A stretch of 64,000 nucleotides of DNA from Escherichia phage radambza: the sequence record MN850639.1. One strand, 5' to 3'. Shown here in pieces: positions 37,425-45,712 of the stretch. The position numbers and the translations under genes were made by a program. Within the stretch, counting starts at the first letter, position 1, and each line of letters opens with the position of its first letter. The notes below the pieces were generated by a model. It saw only the letters and a list, made by a program, of their open reading frames with translations, searched no databases and was not told the DNA's origin.

Positions 37425-38210
37425 TTAGTTCTTTGCGTCTAAGAAGGTAACTTCTGGTGAAGAGAAGATTGCCTCGATATCCTCATCAGTTCTTGCATAG
37501 ATATAAGCTTCTGCATCACTACCAAATGTTACAGCAATTCTGTGATTGCTCTTCGACAGGTGGGTAACTAGAGCGTTGCTTAGAGACATCTTTTCAACCG
37601 GAGGGTTACTTTGATGTATCTTACCTTTTCTTCGTCTGAAGAGGGTAACTGCATTATCCGTGAACACTGCTACACCTGCAAAGTATCCTGGCTCACAGTA
37701 GTTTTTCCAACCTGAGAGTAACTTGTGGTACATATCACCTTCATAGACATACAGATAGACATCTACACTCTTCATCACCTGATTGATGATAACTGTGACA
37801 GCTTGAGGGTCAAGTCCACCGATACCTGCACCAATCATAGGTAGACCGACTTTCTTCAACTGATTCACTTCACAGTATCTGTTAAGTTGCTTCAAAGATG
37901 ACTCTAAAGCACTGTATCGGGCATCTTTACCAGTCTTAAGCTGAGTGTAAAGGTTAGCTATACGACCTTGTTTTAAGCGTGCTACAGAGAAATTACCTAG
38001 TAAATTCTCACAAGGTTTGTGACCTATACCACCTGCATAGAGATAAACTTCTGTATCGGTCTCATATGCTTTTGGGTAAAGTTTAGAAATCTTGTCAGCG
38101 ATACCTGCACCCATTAGGTTCATGCAGTTACAACCATGACCAATGATGTCAAACTTACCTTTATCAAATGCAGCAAAGATATCACCATTGATGATTTTTA
38201 CAATACCCAT
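37425..38210 (-). CDS. macro domain protein (ADP-ribose binding/processing) with C-terminal extension
   Basis: 261 aa; N-terminal GDIF...DIIGHGCNCMNLMGAGIA and VGLPMIGAGIGGL are macro-domain glycine-rich motifs. Confidence 0.7.
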   Translation of the reverse strand: MGIVKIINGDIFAAFDKGKFDIIGHGCNCMNLMGAGIADKISKLYPKAYETDTEVYLYAGGIGHKPCENLLGNFSVARLKQGRIANLYTQLKTGKDARYSALESSLKQLNRYCEVNQLKKVGLPMIGAGIGGLDPQAVTVIINQVMKSVDVYLYVYEGDMYHKLLSGWKNYCEPGYFAGVAVFTDNAVTLFRRRKGKIHQSNPPVEKMSLSNALVTHLSKSNHRIAVTFGSDAEAYIYARTDEDIEAIFSSPEVTFLDAKN

Positions 38211-38411
38211 TTAACATCTCTCCCAAGATTCTTTATCCTCTGAAGGCTTTACACGTTGCCCTTCGTGGTCTACCCAGATGCACCCACAACCTTCACAGAT
38301 TACTGGCATTGCATAACCAGCTTTAAAGTCATCTTCAGTGATAAGACCTTTTAAGTCACCTGTATCACGTCCAAACATTTCTATAGAACAGTCTTTGCAG
38401 AAGTCAGCCAT
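38211..38411 (-). CDS. small Cys-rich (zinc-ribbon-like) protein
   Basis: 66 aa, CKDC ... CEGCGC. Confidence 0.45.
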   Translation of the reverse strand: MADFCKDCSIEMFGRDTGDLKGLITEDDFKAGYAMPVICEGCGCIWVDHEGQRVKPSEDKESWERC

Positions 38412-38423
38412 ATCATATACACC

Positions 38424-38651
38424 TTATAGTTCAGTTTCTCGTAATTCTTTGCCTTCATCATAGAAGCATTTATAGAATGTATCTATAGAAATTCTGGCAA
38501 AGGTAAGGTCTTCAAAGTATTCTTCTGGAGTTATCCCTGTAAAACTAAAGCTATCGAGATTGTAAAATGGTATCACTGTGTCGTTACTAACGAAAACACA
38601 TGCTGATGTCACTTCTCCAGTATCTTTATCAATTACCTCTAGAGCCTTCAT
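38424..38651 (-). CDS. small hypothetical protein
   Basis: 75-aa ORF. Confidence 0.4.
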   Translation of the reverse strand: MKALEVIDKDTGEVTSACVFVSNDTVIPFYNLDSFSFTGITPEEYFEDLTFARISIDTFYKCFYDEGKELRETEL

Positions 38652-38952
38652 AGTTTACCTTCTCAGTTAGCTCATATAAATCAACATGCTCAATACTGTC
38701 AATGTGGATATCAATCTTTTTGAAACGCTCCATCACTTCGTTATCAGTCATCCATATCAGACACCAATGATTATGGATGGATTCTTCAAGAAGTTCAACA
38801 CAATCTTTAAAAGTTTTTGTATCACTTCTCGTTCCAACTACTGCGATTGTTCCATATAGCCACCCACCATTGCCATAAGATACTTGCGCTACGCCAACTT
38901 CTTTACCTTTCTCGTAGTAAACGGCTACAAAGTCTCTTCCATTAATCTGCAT
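38629..38952 (-). CDS. hypothetical protein
   Basis: 107-aa ORF. Confidence 0.45.
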   Translation of the reverse strand: MQINGRDFVAVYYEKGKEVGVAQVSYGNGGWLYGTIAVVGTRSDTKTFKDCVELLEESIHNHWCLIWMTDNEVMERFKKIDIHIDSIEHVDLYELTEKVNYEGSRGN

Positions 38953-38954
38953 AG

Positions 38955-39224
38955 TTACTTCCTCGTTTTAAGAACTGCTAAGATTTCTTTAGAATCTGGT
39001 AAGAACCATGTGTAGTGATTCTCTTTGATTTCTGGATGAGTGTCAACCTTTATTTTGCACTCTTTACCAACATGCTTAAGCTGTGCTGTGACACCTTGCA
39101 TAAAGATATGACACATCACATTATCCATAATGGTTGGCAAGAAGTCAATTCGCATATAAGTTTCTTTTGGTCGTGGTAACAGTAAGTAACCTTCTACATA
39201 GAAAGTGTCTTGATTCTCTGTCAT
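38955..39224 (-). CDS. hypothetical protein
   Basis: 89-aa ORF. Confidence 0.45.
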   Translation of the reverse strand: MTENQDTFYVEGYLLLPRPKETYMRIDFLPTIMDNVMCHIFMQGVTAQLKHVGKECKIKVDTHPEIKENHYTWFLPDSKEILAVLKTRK

Positions 39225-39490
39225 TGCTGCTTATTCCCTAATAAAATCATGTCAATAAGGTTATTAGCTTTAATTGTACACTGGTAAAAGCCGTCACGGT
39301 AGAACTCAAGTGCTGCTGCTACATCACTGCCTGTGTTGCCTTTGATGATATACCGTGATTCTTCTTGAGTGTACTTATCACTCTCACTTACTTGGGAGTT
39401 TTTGAATGTACTGCTCACTTTGTTCGTTGAACACCCTGACATAATTATCAGTAACACAAACATTATAAAACTCTGGCTTAGTTTTTTCAT
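39221..39490 (-). CDS. outer-membrane spanin (Rz1-like lipoprotein), overlapped with i-spanin gene
   Basis: 89 aa; signal peptide MKKLSQSFIMFVLLIIMSGC with lipobox Cys; starts inside the upstream gene in another frame. Confidence 0.5.
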   Translation of the reverse strand: MKKLSQSFIMFVLLIIMSGCSTNKVSSTFKNSQVSESDKYTQEESRYIIKGNTGSDVAAALEFYRDGFYQCTIKANNLIDMILLGNKQQ

Positions 39491-39731
39491 ATGTTAGTAC
39501 CTCTTTTGTGTGCTTATTCTTAGCAAGCACATCTTTCAAATCATTTTTGTAATTGGTGCTCAGTGTAACTAATCCTTCCTGATAAGCATCTTTAGCAACA
39601 CTTATTAGCTTCTCATTGCTTAACTCAGCTTCAGCAACTTGGTAGTCTCTGTAAGAGTATCCTCCCCAGACACCCGCCCCAGCTAAGAAAACAATTATGA
39701 AAGTGGCTTGACAGAACTCTTTAAATGTCAT
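39384..39731 (-). CDS. inner-membrane spanin (Rz-like)
   Basis: 115 aa; N-terminal TM then periplasmic helical domain; overlapped by the lipoprotein ORF. Confidence 0.55.
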   Translation of the reverse strand: MTFKEFCQATFIIVFLAGAGVWGGYSYRDYQVAEAELSNEKLISVAKDAYQEGLVTLSTNYKNDLKDVLAKNKHTKEVLTYEKTKPEFYNVCVTDNYVRVFNEQSEQYIQKLPSK

Positions 39732-39750
39732 TTAGCAATCTCCTGAAATG

Positions 39751-39771
39751 AAAAAGGCTCCCGAAGGAGCC
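39751..39771 (-). terminator. rho-independent terminator (minus strand)
   Basis: Plus AAAAA then GGCTCC-cgaa-GGAGCC; hairpin then U-run on minus strand. Confidence 0.55.
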
Positions 39772-39783
39772 TGTATCTTAACC

Positions 39784-40248
39784 TTAACCGAGGACTTTAG
39801 CAAGGATATTCGCAGCCATCGAAGAAGCTTTTGCAGCAGCAACTACGCCAGCTTTGACAGTGCTATCCTTAATAGCAGATACCGTTGCAGCATCAGTAAA
39901 GAGATAAGTGATTGTTTTAGAACCACTTGTAAAGGAAAGCATAAGAGTAGTTTCCAGATTGAAAGAGCGATACGGAGCACCTTCTTTAACGATACCTTCA
40001 GCACCTAACTCTGAAGCCTTACCCATATCATAGATAGTCATCAGGTTTTCTTTGTGTGCAGTCGTTGAACCAGCACCTTTTACGTGTTTTTTAACATTCA
40101 ATAATGCACGATATTCACGAATGCTGCCATCAGCTTTTACATTAACAGCACGGAAAATTTTACCTTCAAAGTTACCTTGAATCATTTTACGAACTATTGC
40201 AGATTTGTTTACCGTATCGTCCAGTGCTACCGTAATGATATTGTTCAT
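39784..40248 (-). CDS. hypothetical protein
   Basis: 154-aa ORF, ATG start. Confidence 0.5.
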   Translation of the reverse strand: MNNIITVALDDTVNKSAIVRKMIQGNFEGKIFRAVNVKADGSIREYRALLNVKKHVKGAGSTTAHKENLMTIYDMGKASELGAEGIVKEGAPYRSFNLETTLMLSFTSGSKTITYLFTDAATVSAIKDSTVKAGVVAAAKASSMAANILAKVLG

Positions 40249-40258
40249 AAGTTTTCTC

Positions 40259-40954
40259 TCAATGTTTAACTAACATGGTTTTAATGTGTGGAAGGATTCT
40301 GTTCACCTTCTGCACATTCTTCTCTGTGTCTTCTATAAAACATACTATATTAAAGTAAGGCAGGATGCAAGACTGAATCATCCTCACTTTCAAACTTTCT
40401 GCACTTATAGAGTTAGTTCCAAAACCACGCATAAAAAGCATGTAGTCATGCTCTATGTTATGCCTTAAAAACATCTCAGTAGGTATTCTCTGAGATTCAC
40501 CTCTCGCTGTCAAGAGTCCAATGGCAGCATGATTAGCAATTGCATCAATAATACTAAAAACATACGTTGGTTTTGCTCTTACAGAATCAAGAAGATTAGT
40601 GTACTGTGAGAATGACCCATCAGTCAATTCCGTTGAACAATCTTCGTGATTAAAATTTGTAAGAACACCATCAATATCTGCTAAGATGAGATTCCCTTTT
40701 TCTACAAGGTCTTTATTGACTATGACTAAGCTATCACGACTTACTCCTATAGATTGTCCAGTCTCTTTGTCCACAACGTTCACAATTGGTTCTGATGTGT
40801 GGAACTCTTCAAGTGAACATACAACTTCTCTTGCAGTGTCTTCAAAATCCCTACACTGTTCTGGAGACCATACACAGGAATCAAGACCTAACTCATGAGG
40901 ATGTAAGTCATAAGCATGACACAGTACTTCATCAGACTTTCTTAATTTTTTCAT
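40259..40954 (-). CDS. HAD-superfamily hydrolase (putative phosphatase / nucleotidase)
   Basis: 231 aa; ILADIDGVLTNF matches the HAD motif I. Confidence 0.5.
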   Translation of the reverse strand: MKKLRKSDEVLCHAYDLHPHELGLDSCVWSPEQCRDFEDTAREVVCSLEEFHTSEPIVNVVDKETGQSIGVSRDSLVIVNKDLVEKGNLILADIDGVLTNFNHEDCSTELTDGSFSQYTNLLDSVRAKPTYVFSIIDAIANHAAIGLLTARGESQRIPTEMFLRHNIEHDYMLFMRGFGTNSISAESLKVRMIQSCILPYFNIVCFIEDTEKNVQKVNRILPHIKTMLVKH

Positions 40955-41480
40955 GATTTACCTTAGAAATGTTTGTTGCAAATTCACATTGAGCAATTAC
41001 TTTCATGTTGTTATAGACATCTTGAGAATACTTCTTAGCTTTAGGGATTCTGTACGAATACCCAGCATTATATGATGCTAAAACTTTTTGTAAAGTCTTC
41101 TTTGACTTTGGCTGACCATGCACCTTTGTCCAAAACTCAAGCTCTTTGTGAGTTTCCTTCGCAGCATAATCAAAGTCTCTTAAGAGTTTCTTTTTAGCCA
41201 CATTAGGACTAATTTTGTTACGCTTTACAACAGTCTTCAAGTGATTCTGGAAAATACCATAATCATGTGTCTTTTTATTTTCTACCTTCAGACCTAACTC
41301 TGACTCTTGTAAGGCTATAGCTGCTAGAGTGATACCCCAACCTTTACCCATGTTATTCTCGCCATACTGGTAAGCTTTTAACATGTTCACTTTTTGGCTA
41401 ATTGATAGCTCTGGGCAGTCAACTGCATAAGATAAGTGTGCTGTAAACATTAAGCACAAACCTAGAATCAATTTCTTCAT
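40932..41480 (-). CDS. secreted lytic transglycosylase-like protein
   Basis: 182 aa; signal peptide MKKLILGLCLMFTAHLSYA; ALQESELGL...YGIFQ resembles the SLT catalytic motif. Confidence 0.55.
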   Translation of the reverse strand: MKKLILGLCLMFTAHLSYAVDCPELSISQKVNMLKAYQYGENNMGKGWGITLAAIALQESELGLKVENKKTHDYGIFQNHLKTVVKRNKISPNVAKKKLLRDFDYAAKETHKELEFWTKVHGQPKSKKTLQKVLASYNAGYSYRIPKAKKYSQDVYNNMKVIAQCEFATNISKVNHEKIKKV

Positions 41481-41540
41481 TGGTTCTCCTGTTTAGTTTA
41501 TCGTGACAACAATTATACAGCACTCTGCACAAAATACAAA

Positions 41541-41564
41541 TAAAAAAGGCCGCCGAAGCAGCCT
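41541..41564 (-). terminator. rho-independent terminator after rIIB (minus strand)
   Basis: Minus-strand AGGCTGC-uucg-GCGGCCT (UUCG loop, one G-U pair) then UUUUUA; the plus-strand version has a C-A mismatch. Confidence 0.6.
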
Positions 41565-41581
41565 TTTAAGAGAATTACTTA

Positions 41582-42691
41582 TTAGATTTCACGTTTACGC
41601 TGAGAAATAAGTTCGCCAGCAGTACCAACGATAACATGTAGAGCTTCAGTCTTGCCATCCCATGCTTTCAGAACATTACGCTGGCTATCAACGATAGCTG
41701 CAACTTCATAACGTGATGAACGCATTTTCATATCATTGTAATCAGTTGGAACAGATACAACATCTCGTGGGTGGACACGAACTTTCAGGATTGTATCACC
41801 TGAGAAGCTACGAACATAATCCCAAGCACCAACATGAAGACCTTGAGAGCAAGTCACGTTACGGTTATTATCAACCATCCAACGTGGCATCTCTACAATG
41901 TTACCCAAATCGTTAGGAACTTTGTAGGTGTGGGAGTCAACCAGCTTACCTTCACGAGTAGATACTTTCTTCCAACCAATGATGTAGCCTTCTTCATCAA
42001 TTTCAACATCAAGGTGAGATACAAAGCCCCAAAGTTGTTCTACAGAGTCTTTAGATGGGTTTTCCATCAGTTTTTCGAAGAACATCACAAGGCGTTCAAA
42101 GCCTTTATCTCCAGTCTTCATCATGTGAAGAATACGGTCAACCAGAGTAGAACGCATCTCAACAGCACCGTAGAATAGCTTGTCACCTTTGATTGTGATA
42201 GCACCCTGAGTGAAGTTTTCGATAGACTTACGAATATTCATCAGTTCAAAGGCTTTCTTGAACTCACCTTTCACAACATGAACTACAATCTCTTGATAGT
42301 TCGGATGAGTAGACTCAACAATTTCAGATTCTGAACCATAAGTCATAATTACAGAGTCGCCAGTAATCATGTACTCAATTTTGTCATCTTTCTGCATAGC
42401 TTCATGCAGTTTATTTACTGGAGCTTTCTGTACAGCATCTTTAACGACCTTTTCAACTGGTTTGTCAGCTTTCTTTTTAAATGTCTTAGCAACTTGCTTC
42501 AAAGTCTTCGTAGCTGGTGTAGAAGTTGCCTTCTTATCCCCTTTTAAAGTTGCTTCATGACGCTCTACAGCACGACCAACTGAACGGGTTGAAGTATTAA
42601 ATTTCTGTGCAATAGCTGTTTTAGTCAGCTTACCTTCTTTAACCAGTTTGTAAATTTCTGCGTCAATCTGTGCTTTAGTTTTAGTAGTCAT
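41582..42691 (-). CDS. rIIB: rIIB protein
   Basis: 369 aa; C-terminal KVRVHPRDVVSVPTDYNDMKMR and STLVDRILH / ENPSKDSVEQLW match rIIB blocks as I recall them; directly downstream of rIIA. Confidence 0.8.
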   Translation of the reverse strand: MTTKTKAQIDAEIYKLVKEGKLTKTAIAQKFNTSTRSVGRAVERHEATLKGDKKATSTPATKTLKQVAKTFKKKADKPVEKVVKDAVQKAPVNKLHEAMQKDDKIEYMITGDSVIMTYGSESEIVESTHPNYQEIVVHVVKGEFKKAFELMNIRKSIENFTQGAITIKGDKLFYGAVEMRSTLVDRILHMMKTGDKGFERLVMFFEKLMENPSKDSVEQLWGFVSHLDVEIDEEGYIIGWKKVSTREGKLVDSHTYKVPNDLGNIVEMPRWMVDNNRNVTCSQGLHVGAWDYVRSFSGDTILKVRVHPRDVVSVPTDYNDMKMRSSRYEVAAIVDSQRNVLKAWDGKTEALHVIVGTAGELISQRKREI

Positions 42692-42770
42692 CTTATTACT
42701 CTCTCTTGTTAGTTAATAAATCATTTTGTGATGCTATTCTAAGGGGCTTCAAAGCCCCTTGTCAAACACT

Positions 42771-45137
42771 TTAATCGTAAATTGTAGTCCCTTCTGGAAC
42801 ACACTTCACATCAAAGCCTAAGAACTTACTCACTTCGATAGGCGACACTTTATTCCAATCTAAATGAGAAAGCAAGAAGTTTTCTTGTTTTCTTTTTGAA
42901 AGGTAGTTTGTCACCTTAATGACCATGCGGTCACCAGCTTTCTTAATTTTCTTGTAAAGCTTTGTATCATTGTCAAGACAGTCTTTCAAAGTTTTCAATA
43001 CACTAACAGTATAAGTGTATGCAAATGGTGCAGCAACGTATTGGATTTTACCGAACATTGCCTCTACAGCATCTTCATTGCCTTCTAGGAAGATAGTTTT
43101 GTTAGTATCTCGTGAATAGCAATAACCACGAGAAATCTTCCTGTTATTGAATGTAAAGTTTCTGGCGATAATCCAACTGCTTGTAAGGTCAAGAACACCA
43201 TTCATATAGATACGTGTCATATACCTGTTATGATTAATCCAGTGAACATCAGTTAAGCTGTCGTTCAAGAGCTTCTCATCTACTTCAATCCAGTCTTCTG
43301 GTATCTTTTTCCAATTTGCTTTTCGGAAAACATAGACTGTCTTCCCTAGAACATTAGCGACTGACTTAGCTACATCTTCTGGAGATGAGCAAAAACATTC
43401 GCCATCAACTGTGTCACCAACTGCCTTAATGTAAAGCTGAGGTTCTTCAATTGTATCAAAGTCCTCTGAAACCTCTTTATAGGAAGCTACACCTTCTGCT
43501 GGAACAGCTTTCCAGAGTTTTACAACACCCCTTACAGCTTCTTTGCGCTGGTAATGGTGCTCCTTATCAGACATTTTCACAATCTTTAACAAGCTTTTAT
43601 CAAGTTTGTGTAGGTTGATTAAGTCATCTAGCTCTTTTTCAGTCGAGAATACAAACACAATACCATTGTATCTGTGAAACAGACTTGACTCGTTGGCGTA
43701 GTCTCGACATGCACCACGCAAGATTTGATTGCGTCCTACAGTCTTCTCAGTTCCGTTTTTATTGCGACGGTCATTAATCACGAACAAAAACTGTTCAATT
43801 TGGCTTTTACGCATTGCACCAAAGATATTGAACATACTTGCCTCTTGAGTGTAGGAAAGTGCTGTTGCACGAATCTTACTCTCTAAAGAGTTGAACTTGA
43901 CATAAGCAACTGGATTGTATAGGTAGTCCACTTTAGGAATGTTGTTTCCTTTACTGTCAACCTTAATATTACCTTTACCGTCACGTTCATAAATGACTGA
44001 GCCGTCTTCTGCGTAGATAATCCCACGACGAATGTTTAGCAATTCTTCTTCCAGAGAATCAAGCTTAACGCCTCCCCACTCTAGCTTTGGACACACAGCA
44101 TTAAACATCTCTCGTGAGTTCAAACGTAACTCAGCATAAGCCTGTGCAGCATCCATGAGTGTAGGTTGGCTATTAACTTTCTTGATAACATCCTTTGTAA
44201 TGGCTTCAGTTATCTTTTTAGTAGCCTCAATGATAACATTTTTTGTCGTGTCATTCATCTGCAATGCTTCACGAGAAGCTGCAATAGCAACTGAACCAAT
44301 AGGCATGTAGATGTTTACAAGGTCTACGCTCCTACGGAAAAATTCTGGCAATACTTTGAAGAAGTCATCACCAAGTAATGCTTCCATGTTAACAGGGTAG
44401 GAAATGTTACCCATCACCACATTAAACTCTGTCCTGTTACCACTAGAACGCCAACTTTGCTTATGAATCATGGCATCATAAACACCCTCTTCACGGGCAA
44501 TGACGTTCATATCTGCTAATACATCGTCGTACACAATATTACTTTCTGGTTTTACAGCAAAGTATGAGTATACATTACCAGCTTCTTCAAAGAACTTTGA
44601 GATACGGTGGTCAGCAACTGCCACACGTACAGCTAAACCATTAGGTTCTTTTGTTGGGTTAGTTGTCAGCTTAGTTACTTGAGGGATACCATTCTCAAGG
44701 TAAACAGAGTACTTATTAACAACACCATCAACATAGCTAGATACTGTGAATGACTGAGCAATTGCAAATGGTGACTTTGAGCCGATACCCATTGCACCAA
44801 TGTAGTCATTGGAGTCATTCTTTGTAGAAGCCCCATAGTTCAGATACAAACTCATTACTTTGTCATGGGTTAAACCAGTTCCAAAGTCACGGACTTCAAA
44901 GTAAGGCTCAAATCGAGTAGGTAAATGCACATGGAATGGGATGTTCTCTTTTCCAGCTTCTTTTTGAGCATCTACTGCGTTACATGACAGTTCACGAATC
45001 ACTGCCCTTTCTTTGAATGTGTATACACCTGAACTCAAAAGGCTGAACATTTCAGGTGTCATTGTAATCTGTGCTTGAGATGTCTCCAAAGAAGTTGAAC
45101 TCTTAATCACTTCTGCGTGGTCGTTTACCATGCGCAT
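42771..45137 (-). CDS. rIIA: rIIA protein (N-terminal GHKL/HATPase-like domain)
   Basis: 788 aa; ELSCNAVDA ... VRDFGTGL ... GAMGIGSKSPF Bergerat-fold motifs; rIIA-rIIB gene order. Confidence 0.85.
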   Translation of the reverse strand: MRMVNDHAEVIKSSTSLETSQAQITMTPEMFSLLSSGVYTFKERAVIRELSCNAVDAQKEAGKENIPFHVHLPTRFEPYFEVRDFGTGLTHDKVMSLYLNYGASTKNDSNDYIGAMGIGSKSPFAIAQSFTVSSYVDGVVNKYSVYLENGIPQVTKLTTNPTKEPNGLAVRVAVADHRISKFFEEAGNVYSYFAVKPESNIVYDDVLADMNVIAREEGVYDAMIHKQSWRSSGNRTEFNVVMGNISYPVNMEALLGDDFFKVLPEFFRRSVDLVNIYMPIGSVAIAASREALQMNDTTKNVIIEATKKITEAITKDVIKKVNSQPTLMDAAQAYAELRLNSREMFNAVCPKLEWGGVKLDSLEEELLNIRRGIIYAEDGSVIYERDGKGNIKVDSKGNNIPKVDYLYNPVAYVKFNSLESKIRATALSYTQEASMFNIFGAMRKSQIEQFLFVINDRRNKNGTEKTVGRNQILRGACRDYANESSLFHRYNGIVFVFSTEKELDDLINLHKLDKSLLKIVKMSDKEHHYQRKEAVRGVVKLWKAVPAEGVASYKEVSEDFDTIEEPQLYIKAVGDTVDGECFCSSPEDVAKSVANVLGKTVYVFRKANWKKIPEDWIEVDEKLLNDSLTDVHWINHNRYMTRIYMNGVLDLTSSWIIARNFTFNNRKISRGYCYSRDTNKTIFLEGNEDAVEAMFGKIQYVAAPFAYTYTVSVLKTLKDCLDNDTKLYKKIKKAGDRMVIKVTNYLSKRKQENFLLSHLDWNKVSPIEVSKFLGFDVKCVPEGTTIYD

Positions 45138-45165
45138 AATACTTTCCTCTTAGTTTACTGTTAAA

Positions 45166-45342
45166 TTACTTATTAAACATTTTACCAGAACCACCACAAA
45201 TAGGGCAACAACCTGCTCTTGTGTACCCTTCCCCGTTGCAGTAATCACACTTCTTGTGCTCTGCATAGTACTTGCAAAGAAGGTAAACAAATACTGCTAC
45301 ACTACCAAGTGACAGTAAAATTTCTATCCAATATGCTTGCAT
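45166..45342 (-). CDS. small membrane-anchored zinc-ribbon protein (not in ORF track, 58 aa)
   Basis: ATG at 45340-45342 with GAGAGGTGAG SD; MQAYWIEILLSLGSVAVFVYLLC then CDYC...CPIC; stop at 45166. Confidence 0.35.
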   Translation of the reverse strand: MQAYWIEILLSLGSVAVFVYLLCKYYAEHKKCDYCNGEGYTRAGCCPICGGSGKMFNK

Positions 45343-45659
45343 GACTCACCTCTCATATTCTTGTAAAGGATAAAGCTTCTGTCATGGACGATACTTGTAG
45401 ACACTGCAAAGTTACTTTCAAGCATCTGTTTGTTTGGATTGTAGAAGCTTTCTTTAAACTCGTCAAGTGCAAATTGGTGATGTTGTGGAAGACCTTTTAC
45501 ACAGATTTTTATTGTGATTGCTGCTGCAATCTTGCCAGTCAGTTCTTCTTTAGCTGCTACTAAAATTTTGTTAAGGAACTTTTTACCATCTTCAGGTTTC
45601 TTAATGTTCTCCCAACGTTCTTCTAGGACAACGTTAATGTTCATTTCTTTGATTTTCAT
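45324..45659 (-). CDS. hypothetical protein
   Basis: 111-aa ORF, ATG start. Confidence 0.45.
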   Translation of the reverse strand: MKIKEMNINVVLEERWENIKKPEDGKKFLNKILVAAKEELTGKIAAAITIKICVKGLPQHHQFALDEFKESFYNPNKQMLESNFAVSTSIVHDRSFILYKNMRGESCKHIG

Positions 45660-45675
45660 AATCTTCTCCAGAAAT

Positions 45676-45698
45676 TAAAAAGGCTCCCGTAGGAGCCT
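45676..45698 (-). terminator. rho-independent terminator after Nampt-like gene (minus strand)
   Basis: Plus AAAA then AGGCTCC-cgta-GGAGCCT; hairpin then U-run on minus strand. Confidence 0.55.
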
Positions 45699-45712
45699 CT
45701 TATCATATACTT

